A DNA stretch of 64,000 nucleotides from Eledone cirrhosa (Eukaryota). Below the pieces are notes generated by a model that had not been told where the DNA came from, did no database searches, and was given only the letters and a program-made list of their open reading frames with translations. Positions 52,997 to 64,000 of the stretch are shown here, piece by piece. The translations under genes were made by a program, and so were the position numbers. Position 1 is the first letter of the stretch. Each line of letters opens with the position of its first letter. The stretch is taken from positions 62,682,001 to 62,746,000 of the forward strand of contig OZ024746.1 in assembly GCA_964016885.1 (NCBI GenBank), given 5' to 3'.

Positions 52997-53156
52997 TCAT
53001 CATCATCATCGTTTAACGTCCATCTTCCATACTAGCATGGGTTTGGACGGGAATTTTCCCACTTGAGGCAAGATTGGTTGTCTTGCTCGTATAGGACTGT
53101 CTGGCGGGTTTTCTACGGCCGGATGCCCTTCCTAACACCAACCACGTTTACAGTGT
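52997..53156 (-). mobile_element. 3' tip of RTE-B sister subfamily in (TA)n
   Basis: Matches 25270-25430 (TTTTCCCACTTGAGGCAAG..TTGTCTTGCTCG.ATAGGACTGTCTGGCGGG). Confidence 0.82.
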
Positions 53157-53334
53157 ATATATATACACACACACACACATATCCATCCTTTACTATCAGG
53201 GTAAAGCGGATGTCAAAACGGCAATGATGATGATGAAATATATATAATAGAACTTTAAATTCTAAATATGAAAACAAATTTGTATATTGAGTACTTTGAT
53301 TCTAAAAATCAACTACTACTACAGCATATATCGT

Positions 53335-53655
53335 AGTAGGTCCCCTTCGGTAATGAATGACCTAGAAAGTTCCTCTCAGAGCAGAAACCTGGTCAAGGTG
53401 CATTTGTAGAAGACCAGCAGTTGCCCATGCATACCAGTCTCCCCTTTCCACACCACTAATGTTTAAGGGAAAGGTAATGGCCAATATAGATTGGTACCAA
53501 TAATGTTGTAACTCATTTCTACAGCTGAGTAAACTGGAACAATGTTAAAAAAGTAGCTTGCTCAAAGACACAATGCATTACCTGGTCCAGGAATCAAACT
53601 CACAACCTCCCGATTGCAAGCCCACAGCTCTAACCACTAAGCTATGCATCTTCAC
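53335..53655 (-). mobile_element. SINE with SINE-A-type tRNA head but a different body/tail (related copy ~61005-61300, plus)
   Basis: Head GCTTAGTGGTTAGAG..TTGCAATCG..GAGTTTGATTCC; core TTCCAGTTTACTCAGCTGTAGAAATGAG; then CTGCTGGTCTTCTACAAA..GGTCATTCATTACCGAAGGGGACC. Confidence 0.7.
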
Positions 53656-53832
53656 TATAGCACACACACACACACACACACATATATCGTGAGTAACCCA
53701 GTTTTTATAATAGGTACACCATATTCCTGCAAGTCGTAAGAGGTGAGTAAAACAGTTGAAATCAGGAGGGGTATCTTAAAACAACCTGCCCAACCCATGC
53801 CAACATGGAAAAGATGCAAAAATGATGATATA

Positions 53833-55300
53833 TCATCATCATCATCATCACCGTTTTACGTCCGTTCTTCCACGCTAGCATGGGTTAGACGGGTTGTCCT
53901 GTTGTGGGCAGTGTCTGGTCGGCTGACCATGCCTTGCTCATACAGGAACTGATCTGGCTTGATTTCTACAGCTGGATGCCCTTCCTAACACCAACCTCAT
54001 TTACAGTGAGTGCTGGGTGCTTTTTCGTGGCGCCTACACGTCCACTTTACAGTGTGGGCTGGGTGCTTTTTTGCCGTGGCACCTCCACGACCACCTTGCG
54101 GTGGGGGTGTGGGGGCATATTGTTTATATGCTTCAGCATGTACCCATGGGAGGTCGGGTACCCTGTATTACTGCGTGACGCCAGAAGTCACGGTCGTGTG
54201 TCATTGACTTTGAGAGGTGTAGTTGGGTAAGGTCAGCTTTTATCACCTCATCCCAAGTCATCTTGGGTCTCCCCACTCCGCGGTTTCCATCAACTTCTAG
54301 TGCTCTGCACCTTTTTATGCAGCTGTCATCCTTCATACGCATCACATGTCCATACCAGCGTAACCGCCTCTCCTGCACGCAGCATTTGATTCCTCTTATG
54401 CTCAGTCTCTCTCTCAATTCCTTTATGCTTTGTCGTTCACGTATATTACTGTTACACATCCATCGGAGCATGCAGGCTTCGTTTCTCTCTAATCTACGTA
54501 AATCTTCCACCTTCAGCGCCCAGGTCTCACTACCATGCAACATCGCTGTTCGGATACACGCATCATACAGTCTGCCTTTCATTCTGAGGGAGAAGCCTTT
54601 TGCAGCTAGCAGTGGTAGTAGTTCCCTAAACTTCTTCCATCCCGTTCTTACCCTAGTTATTGTACTTTCTGAGCACCCATCTCCGTTGCTAATTCGGTCA
54701 CCTAGGTAGCAGAAGCTGTCTACTGTTTCTACAGGGCCCTCCCAGAGATTGGTGGTACTTGTTTCCTGTGGCTGTTTGCTTGCTGTTTCAGCACAGCTGC
54801 TGCATGTGAATCCTACATTCTTAATTAAGCTTCCTGAGATCCCGCTACATCTCTTGTGTACCCATTGTTTGCATTTGGGGCAGAGAATGGAGTTCCTACC
54901 TACACCTTTCCTACATACTGAGCAAGGCCATTTCCCTGAGGGGATCTGGGTTCTGTTTTCTCGTCTACTTATAAGGACCTTAGTCTTTGTCATGTTGACT
55001 TTGAGGCCCTTTCTCTCTAGTCCCTGCTTCCAGGTTTGGAATTTATTCTCTAGTTCTACCATAGATTCAGCTATGAGTGCGAGGTCATCAGCATACAGGA
55101 GTTCCCATGGGCATCCGGTCTTAAACTCCTCCGTTATTGCCTGCAGGACTATGATGAACAGGAGAGGGCTAAGAACAGAGCCCTGGTGGACCCCAACCTG
55201 TACGCTAAATTCCTCGTTATACTCATTGCCAATCCTAACTTTGCTGACTGCTCCCCTATACATGGCTTGTACCGCTTTCACAAGCCATTCATCTACTCCT
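53833..55300 (-). mobile_element. RTE-B non-LTR retrotransposon, 5'-truncated (~1.47 kb), young
   Basis: Open reading frame from the junction to the stop, ~300-bp 3' UTR, (ATG)n tail, ATATAT on both flanks. Confidence 0.93.
54133..55299 (-). CDS. Partial RTE reverse transcriptase with PHD-like Cys/His insert
   Basis: GVDEWLVKAVQAMY, GVHQGSVLSPLLF, LLYADD, KTK, insert CSVC..CPKCKQWVHKRC..CSSC, FCYLGD, RLRWYGHV, GRPKMTW; no true start codon. Confidence 0.9.
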   Translation of the reverse strand, partial: GVDEWLVKAVQAMYRGAVSKVRIGNEYNEEFSVQVGVHQGSVLSPLLFIIVLQAITEEFKTGCPWELLYADDLALIAESMVELENKFQTWKQGLERKGLKVNMTKTKVLISRRENRTQIPSGKWPCSVCRKGVGRNSILCPKCKQWVHKRCSGISGSLIKNVGFTCSSCAETASKQPQETSTTNLWEGPVETVDSFCYLGDRISNGDGCSESTITRVRTGWKKFRELLPLLAAKGFSLRMKGRLYDACIRTAMLHGSETWALKVEDLRRLERNEACMLRWMCNSNIRERQSIKELRERLSIRGIKCCVQERRLRWYGHVMRMKDDSCIKRCRALEVDGNRGVGRPKMTWDEVIKADLTQLHLSKSMTHDRDFWRHAVIQGTRPPMGTC

Positions 55301-57597
55301 ATATATATATCCCAGTGTTGATGATCTACACAATAAACTCACCCAGTAAAGTGATTGGTAATTGGAAGGGCATCCTGCCTTAGAAAACTTGCTAAACAAA
55401 GCATTGCGAGGACCCTTCAGTTATGTCAAAGACATGATAACCTCTCTAGGGCTGGTGCCACAATAAAACGCAGACACCCAGCCTCTATGGGAAGTCAGTA
55501 AACCAGCTTCAGTACTGATTCAATCTCTTGCTTGCAGCAAAAGTGGACGTTAAATAATGATGATGATGATTGTTATCAAGTTCCGATCAAGGATGATCAT
55601 TTTTGTGCTAAAATGGCAAGACCAAGACTCCGCCTTCTAGAAATAGACAGTACTTCAATGAAGAAAACAAACACATTGCATAGATAGAGCAAATGTGAAA
55701 AGAACGACACTAACATCACAAAGCATAACGCTAGCTCTGCCTTGGTTGAACAGTCCAGTGATCAAACACATTTTTTCTATGCTCACCCCATCTTTATATA
55801 TATACATTGGACTACACCAGCCATTAGTTCCAGGTTGTGGAACATTAAGCATTTGAGATATGAATGTTCCCCTGGGATAGACTGCAAGTCTTTAATAGAC
55901 AACACTACTCAAAAAGATGAGACGAGGCACATAAAATTAAGCATTCTGCCCAGAGAGGGAGTTAGAAAAAAAAATTACCTGCAGCAGATATGTAATCACT
56001 AATATAAAGTTAGCAGCCCTATATTTTTATTCCCAAGTTTATTCTATCTATTTACCTCTCTCTCTCTCCAACACACATACATACATTACTGGCAAAGATC
56101 CATTATCATCTCAGAAACACACAAAAATAAATTTAAAAATATCTAAGTCTATTCCACATTTCAAATGGGACATTAACCAAATATTTTAGATGGATATCAT
56201 CTTTGAGGGGGGAACCCCCCTCCCCCCAAACCCCCTAAACTACTTATACAAACAAAATAGCATGCATACATTATATATGTGTGTATATATATATATACAT
56301 ATATACACACACACATATATACATTATATATGTATATATGTTTTTGTGCTGTGTCGTTAAAATTCTTATTCAGCAGTCCTGTTAAATGAAGCACAAGAAC
56401 CACACAAATTGGTTACGATATTTGCATCACTTAAAATAAAGTTTTTAAATTTTATATTTCATAGTAGCAAAGATTATCTCAAGTATTTACAGCCAACAAA
56501 AATGTGCAATACAATTTAAACAGAAGCATCTGAAAGAAAACTAAAGTGCCAATGAAGAAAACAAACAGTTACTATGACAAAATGTTGTCTATTACCTAAT
56601 AGGAAGGATGCTCTCCTCATTTATTCTATCACCATATACCATAGCAAAATAGTTTAAATTTGAACAACATTAAACTGTTTTTACCATACAAACTGCAGTT
56701 AAAGCAAGGCCATAAACACATTAACAAACTGTAGGAATGGGTTTTGTCAATTAAATTAACCCAAATAGACAATATTTTAGATAAGTTCCCATGCAATAAT
56801 GACTGCATTTTATTGTGGCACCAGCATTAGGGAGATTGACACAGTCCAAGAGTTCTTCTAGTCCTTTGTTTGACCCAAGCTTTAAGGAGGTTGTCAAGTC
56901 TTTGACACAGCTGAAGAGTTCTCCCAGCCCTTTGTTTAACAAGTTTTCTACAGCTGGATACCTTTCCTATCACTATGAAAGAAATCAACTTTGATATGAA
57001 TTCAGAACATTGAAAGATAGAGAAAATACTGCAGTGTATTTAGATTTAACTCCTTACCATCTGAGTTTTAACATCCTAATATTTAAATGAAAAATTATTA
57101 AAGAACTTTTTACTTCAATTCACCAATTCATAATGATGAGAATGACGACACCAGCAGTAACCAGGACTACTCTAATATGACCCACCAATCTTCATAGATT
57201 TATCCAGTCTCCTGTGAGATTGCATCTTATAGGAGGTTTCTTGAGGGTTTTAATAATAGAGAGACATCCCATTCAAGTTAGGTAACCAGTTTTCCAGTGA
57301 CAGGAGGTGAGATTTGAACACAGAGCTGGAATAAATACTGCAAGAGATATCCCATCTGGAGCTGCAATAATCCACCAGCCCTCGACTGATAATTTATCAA
57401 CTATGAAATGGTGAAAGACAAAGTTAACCTCGACATGAAATGCCAAAATAAATACTGCAAGGCATTTAATCTAATGCTCTGTGTGTGTGTGTGTGTGTGC
57501 CAATTCCCTACTTACACTGTTAAATAAAATATATTTTACTTGCTTCAGATAACCAAAAAATCTTTCCACCTGAGACAAAAATGCCTCTAACTGAAAT

Positions 57598-57735
57598 GAA
57601 GGCACCTGCTTAGTTATTAGGATGTTAGGTTAATGATTGTAAGGTCATAAGTTTGATTAAATTTCTGGCGTTACATTGTGTCCTTGAGTAAAACACTTTA
57701 TTTCATGTTGCTGCAGTTCACTCAACTATAATCGA
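57598..57735 (+). mobile_element. Old SINE with SINE-A-type head and core
   Basis: GAAGGCACCTGCTTAGTTATTAG..GTCCTTGAGTAAAACACTTTATTTCATGTTGCTGCAGTTCACTCA. Confidence 0.6.
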
Positions 57736-58555
57736 AAGTGATCAGCCTTGTCACTCTAAATCTCCCTTTGAACTATGTTAATGGTTATATGTGACTGTAG
57801 AATGCTCAGCCACTTACACATTAACTGCACAAGTAGGTAGTTTTGTTGGCTGAATTAGCAAGAACACTTACCATCAGAAACAACAGAGGCTCAACACTAC
57901 ACACTCCAAGCATTCAAATTACTACACTTCAGAATACATATTAACCAAAATACTTTGGCCTCACGCCAAATGTGGCCAGGCAAACCTGTCTGATCCATTC
58001 AACTATGGAAAAAAACAAATATTTGAAATGATAATTATACTTCAGCAGAAGATAATAAGCTCACCAATGTTTTGCAAAACTGAACTGATAACAAGTTTTA
58101 ACTGTCATCTGAAATTGAACATAATTCATATTGCTTATTGAAGTTTTATATTATTACTATGTGTTTTAATAACCAAGTTCTTTTTTCTACAGTGCCCATG
58201 ACCCTTTTGGGGAGTTTGAGACCTTATTGCTTAGAACAAAATGTATTCCACTAAAAGCAAACCAAGGTTAGATGGTGATGCACAGGAAATAATGTTTATC
58301 ATCTAAGATGACCACAGCAGAATTTGAATTCAGAACACAAAGATTGCAGAACAGATACCAAAAGACATCTCATCAAATTTTCTAACAATTCTATCAATCC
58401 CTTGCCATGGACTAATACTTTATTTTATTGACTTCGAAAGGGATAAAAGGTAAAGTTGACCTCAACTAGATTTGAACTTGTAATTACAGAAAGCTGAAAC
58501 ATATAACACAAAGAATTTTGTCCCATGCCCTAAAGACCCTAAAAACATTGTCAAT

Positions 58556-58784
58556 ATAATAATAATGGTTTCTTATATAGGCACAAGGCCAGCAATTTTT
58601 GGGGGGAAGGGAAAGTCGATTAAATTGACCCCAGTGCGTGACTGGTACTTTATTTTATTGACCCCGTAAGGATGAAAGGCAAAGTGAACCTTGGCGGGAT
58701 TTGAACTCAGATCATAAAGGGCCATAACTCTTTGCTGCAAAGCATGGCATCCGAACCTCTACTGATACTGCCAATCCACCGCCC
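58556..58784 (-). mobile_element. Full-length SINE-B with (ATT)n tail and TSD
   Basis: TTGTCAATATAATAATAAT at 58548 and 58785; head GGGCGGTGGATTGGCAGTATC, B box GAGTTCAAATCCC. Confidence 0.88.
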
Positions 58785-59095
58785 TTGTCAATATAATAAT
58801 AATAAAAATAATAATAATTATACACAATACTTCCTACAGTAACAGGTTTATTATCTCTTAGAAATTTAAAAATTAAAAAAAAAACAGCTAGCTTTATAGT
58901 AACAGCAGAATCCTCAGTTTTAAAAATCTTCCCTCTTAAAAAACACTACTTAGAAAAAGGCAGTGATGTCTTCTTCCAACATTGCAGACTACTGAAATGA
59001 CAAGAAAAGGAAAAAAAGAGGTTCTTATAAATAAAATATACATATATATATATATACACATATACATATATATATATCTCACTTCATTATTAGCT

Positions 59096-59345
59096 GCATG
59101 ACCTTCTTAAAGTATGTATGTATGTGTCTGTATATATATATATATATTATACAGTATATCTATATATACACACACACACATATTCATATATACTTTATTG
59201 GCAGCATGACCCTCTTAAAGTATGTATATAAGTGTGTGTGTGTGTATATATTTATTATATATCTATATATACACACACATATTCATATATACTTTGCTAT
59301 TGGCATGACCCTTCCAAAGTATAACATATATACATATACACATAC
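59096..59345. repeat. Degenerate ~100-108 bp tandem repeat (about 2.5 copies) built around TA/CA runs
   Basis: GCATGACC.TCTTAAAGTAT at 59096, 59204 and (degenerate) 59303. Confidence 0.7.
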
Positions 59346-59346
59346 A

Positions 59347-59445
59347 TAGGGTACCCCAAAAAATGTATACACAAAGGCTGTGCATTCTAATAAATATTGC
59401 CTGTACAGGTAATCAAAATGTGTATACCTTTTGGGGGGGACACTG
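59347..59445. mobile_element. Tc1/mariner-type mini-MITE
   Basis: AGGGTACCCCAAAAAATGTATACAC / GTGTATACCTTTTGGGGGGGACACTG-TA. Confidence 0.65.
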
Positions 59446-59447
59446 TA

Positions 59448-59499
<52 letters not shown>

Positions 59500-59502
<3 letters not shown>

Positions 59503-59870
59503 TCATCATCATCATCACCGTTTTACGTCCGTTTTTCCACGCTAGCATGGGTTAGACGGGTTGTCCTGTTGTGGGCAGTGTCTGGTCGGCTGACCATGCC
59601 TTGCTCATACAGGAACTGATCTGGCTTGATTTCTACAGCTGGATGCCCTTCCTAACACCAACCTCATTCACAGTGAGTGCTGGGTGCTTTTTCGTGGCGC
59701 CTACACGTCCACTTTACAGTGTGGGCTGGGTGCTTTTTTGCCGTGGCACCTCCACGACCACCTTGCGGTGGGGGTGTGGGGGCATATTGTTTATATGCTT
59801 CAGCATGTACCCATGGGAGGTCGGGTACTCTGTATTACTGCGTGACGCCAGAAGTCACGGTCGTGTGTCA
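59500..59870 (-). mobile_element. RTE-B 3' end (370 bp) in (TA)n
   Basis: Nearly identical to 53833-54204; (TA)n on both sides. Confidence 0.92.
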
Positions 59871-60190
59871 TATATATATATATATATATATTCCAATAGA
59901 CTAATTAATATATAAGCACAAATTATCCTCTACCAAAATTAAACAACAATAGCAGCAGCAGCAATAACAGTCGCAGTTTTTCCTTTGAAGGTATTTAGTT
60001 TAGTAAACCTTATCATTAGTAATAAATAGCTGTGTGACAGTAAGACCTATTTAAATGTACTACCAGAACTAGATTCAGTTCTTAATATAATTACATGGTA
60101 GGGAAAGAAAAAAAGAAGTGTTGGTGCCAGACTACCCCTGCCTTCTACTTCACCTTCTGAGTACAAATTCCATTTTCGTCAACTGTTCCT

Positions 60191-60392
60191 TTGACCCTTT
60201 AGCATTCAAACCAGCTGTATACGGACAGAATTTTCTCACCTCTTTCTGTTCAAACTAGCCACTCATACTGATGTTAAAGTATTGTTTTCAAAATAATATC
60301 AAAATCTCATAGATTCGATATTATGTGAGATAAAGCCTTTACCATGAAAATACAATAATAAATATAGAGAAATATAAATGCTAAAATGTTAA
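60191..60392 (-). mobile_element. piggyBac-type MITE family 1
   Basis: CCCTTTAGCATTCAAA ... TAAATGCTAAAATGTTAA. Confidence 0.8.
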
Positions 60393-61870
60393 TCCCTAGT
60401 GGAGCATGGGTGAGGGAATACAAGAAACAGTAAAGGTATTGAAAAGGTAGAAATCTGACAAAATTGTTAGTAAGGCAATATAATATATTGTAGTATTTGT
60501 CGTTGACCACCCCGCCAGAATTAGGGAAAAGGGTTTAATAAGGGGCTATCAATCTTTTCCCATTGAAAAACTATCAGCATCATCACCACCACCATTTAAT
60601 GTCTATTTTCCACACTAGCATGGGTTAGCCAAGTTGTCCTATTTGTGAAACAAGTCAGATCAAGTGGATTATCCAAGGACAGATTGATGTGCAGTGCAGA
60701 ATGGAATGAAAATAGAAAAAAAATATATAATGCACTGAAGTCAATTCCTTTGTAACTTTACTTCCCACCATAAAAATGTTTGGCATTGTACAAGAAACTT
60801 GAAATCAATATAATACATGGGAATATACTGACAAAAAAAATTTGAATATTTTAAACTGGAAAAAGAAAATTTTAGTTTGAAATGAACGAAATATAAAATA
60901 TATAAATTATTAATTACAGACATAAGAAAACTAAAATTTATTTGTTATTGTAGAAAAAAATGTTTTAAAATAATTCTACATATCCTATGTAAATATTAGT
61001 ACATGTACCTGGTGTAGTGGTTAGCATACTAGGATAATCGTAAGGTTGTGAGATCAATTCCTGGACTGAGAAACACATTGTGTCTTGAGCAAGACACTTT
61101 ATTTCACATTGCTCCAGTTCACTCAGCTGACCTTTGCCTTTCCTTTGGACAACATTGGTGGCATAGAGAGGAGACATGCATGTATGCATGTGTGATTGCT
61201 GGTCTTCCACAAAACAATGCCCAGGCATGTGGCCTTGGAAGACTCAGTCAATCAACCATGGCTGCAGTCAAACCCATAGCCAGTCAGTAGCAAAGGTAAC
61301 CCTTCCTGTCTATGTTTAGATGTATAATCATTGTGAAAAATATGTGGTCATCAATTTAACTTTTTCATTATCAAATTGTCTAATGAAAGACAGTTCCTAT
61401 ACATTTCAAATAATTTTCAAGATAATCAACAATTTGGAGCAATTAAATAAAACAAGTAATTTTTACATTATTAATTTGGTGTTTGGAACACAAAGGTTTT
61501 TACATAAAATTATCATGGAAGATTTTTATATCAATATAAACATTTTAAAATGAGAGGTTTTATATCATAAAATTGTGGGTGATTTCAGGTTATTTGGTAT
61601 AAAAGAGAAACTTTTCTTCAACTGTTCTGATTGGATTCATGGAAAAATAAAATAAGTTTGTTTACTTCATTTAACCAGGCTATCAACAAGCTCTGTTGTT
61701 TTACTTCATATAGTTAAGTAGAAATCTAACTTATCCAATGTAGTGGTAACCAAAATAATATTTAATCAAAATTACACTTGTAATGAAAAGAAAACTATTA
61801 GTGTTAAAAAAAGCAAGAAAGATAAATCATCATCATCATCATAATAATAATAATCATTTAATGTCTGTAG

Positions 61871-61999
61871 GTTAGTACTCAAGCAGAAGTACTGGCTGAA
61901 CAGATTAGTCAAGAACCTGTATCTCATATGTTTCCTGTTCTCTATCAAATGCTTAGACGGGCCGGCAACCTGATTACATACGATCCCACACACTACTAG
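61871..61999 (+). CDS. Candidate terminal coding exon of an unidentified host gene
   Basis: TGTCTGTAG acceptor, then 42 open codons VSTQAEVLAEQISQEPVSHMFPVLYQMLRRAGNLITYDPTHY*; non-repetitive; no homology recognised. Confidence 0.25.
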   Translation, partial: VSTQAEVLAEQISQEPVSHMFPVLYQMLRRAGNLITYDPTHY

Positions 62000-64000
62000 T
62001 TTAATAATGTGAAAAGTTAGTTATGTTATTAATTCTCTTCAAATTATTGACAATTTTCAAAGTTATTTGAAAAACATAGGCAGTATCTTTCATTATAAAT
62101 ATAGTCACTGCTGCAAGGAAACGTGTGTAGGCAAGAAATTCCAGAAGGATAACCTTCTGGAGAAGAACAACTAGGTATAGTGGCTAAATAAATCAGTAGA
62201 GATAACATGGGAACAACCAAGTTTGAGGAACAGAAGCTAGTGTAGTAGTAATAAATCATTCAACTGTTTGCTCTAACTTGCCTAACTATAACGAAAGAAA
62301 GATTTCATTTCCACTTCACAATAGAGTGGTTATGAAGGTCAACTCTGTGTAACTCTTTCAAACTTTATTATATCTGTCAACAATAACAATAAAAGAGAAA
62401 AAGTTACAAAGCAACAAGTATTATTTATTATTATTGACTTAATATTTTGGGTATCTACTGCAAGTGTAGATCTTCACAATAGTTATCACAACTGTAATCT
62501 CAGCTATCAACAAAGCAAAAGGCAAAAAGAGACATAAAGATATATAATGAAAATAATCTAATGTAGAAAACAGTATTTTGTCAATTTCCTATACAATTTA
62601 AAAGGTTAACAATTATCTATATCTTGAATACTTGGTAAAATGATCACAAAGTGATCTGAGGGATTTATTTATCCAAGCTCTAATATTTCATGGACTGCAA
62701 TTGTTTGCATGTGAAGGGAAACAGTAAAAATTAGTGTTAACATGGGGTGGAAATGGTCAAAATATTTGCTAATTACCCACGCTTTTTAAGTTACATGCTT
62801 AAAATGCAAATTCATGTTAAAAGATGTACAAACAAATACATGATTTCTCTGTTTTATTTCACAACTGGGATGTATGGAAGATGTTGATTAAAATGTGTAA
62901 TAGGAGAGCCATTCGAAGAGAAAAAACAACAGGGATATAATAAAACTATATAATTCAATAGGTTAAGCCTAGCCACCTGACATGAAATAATTTTATACTA
63001 TAGTTCATTAAAAGTGAGGCTACAGGCCAAGCTCTCAAGTCCCTGAATATTTATCTGCAACAAGGTCATCATCATCAACAGTCAAGTAAATTTCAAATCC
63101 TGACATTTTTTTACATTAAAAAGAAATTAAAACAACAGACAACTACTATTTATTTGATATGCCAACAGCAATATCTCCTAAGCAAAAGATAAAGAGGACT
63201 TATTAGATAATGAAATACACACATCATACTACAAAAGATAAAAAAAAAAATCTTCTGAAATGACAAGTCAAACCATAGGTTGTGATTGCTATTGTTCTGT
63301 TGTTTAGCTTTGTTTTTCCAGTCCAGCATAACAAAATGAAAACTAATCAAGTTAAATAGCAATGGTTTTCTTAACTCCCTAATAGGGGAGTTATAAGGAG
63401 TGCTTACGGATAATTACCGGCTACATTAGCAATAAGAGATCTCGTTTCTAAACACTAAGCAATGAAAATGAAACTGTGAAAACAAAGGATTAGCTAAAGT
63501 GCTACACTGTAACACCAGTGTTGTTACAGTATTGGCTTACCATTCACAAACTTGCTCTACAGGTTAATTACTCTGGCTGAGTCTATAAAAACCTCAATCA
63601 TCTTATTGATACTCGAAATCTATTTGAAGCTGATTGACACTCAAGCTAATTTCAGACCAGTGTTTTGTATAGTTTTTCTTTGCTATTATCTTTCTTGGTT
63701 TATTGACAGTAATGTGATTATTTCTTAACCTTGTTATTGTTGTTGTTGTTGTCCATTCATAAGTAGTGATAAGAATAATTTTGATAACGATGCCTTTTTC
63801 AGTTAATACTTAAATTTTATATATTAAAAGTACACAGAAAATAGATTGTCTGTTGATTGGTCAGAGATTTTGTAATTGTTTTTGTATCACTTAGTCATGG
63901 GGACAGTCTGTGCCCCTGGCCCTTCCCAGTGGGGGGCTTTCAGACTTGGCCTGAATGTTTGCAATAAAGCCATCTGAGAGCCAGGAAGTGGTGTTAAACT

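Overview
AT-rich, microsatellite-dense animal genomic DNA, intergenic or inside a very large intron. The repeat inventory resembles octopus/coleoid DNA (inference from recognised SINE/LINE types, not a search). No host gene can be called confidently; only isolated exon-like segments are seen. Contents: (1) a young, 5'-truncated RTE LINE with an uninterrupted 1045-codon EN-RT ORF ending in three C2H2 fingers (2576-5993, minus), embedded in (TA/TACA)n; (2) a second RTE family with a PHD-like Cys/His insert, in about 6 truncated copies, mostly in (TA)n, sharing its 3' UTR with a tRNA-head SINE; (3) a second SINE family with 11-20 bp TSDs; (4) two TTAA/CCC-ended piggyBac-type MITE families, hAT and Tc1/mariner MITEs and a decayed irritans-type mariner; (5) three clustered R4/Dong-type RLE 3' ends. 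Most notable is a set of short (TA)n-embedded inserts carrying hammerhead-ribozyme motifs (one complete at 26688-26750), several folded back into long palindromes that break at or inside the ribozyme, suggesting Penelope-like/retrozyme ends. A TE-poor island at 37.1-38.8 kb carries clustered RFX X-box motifs.
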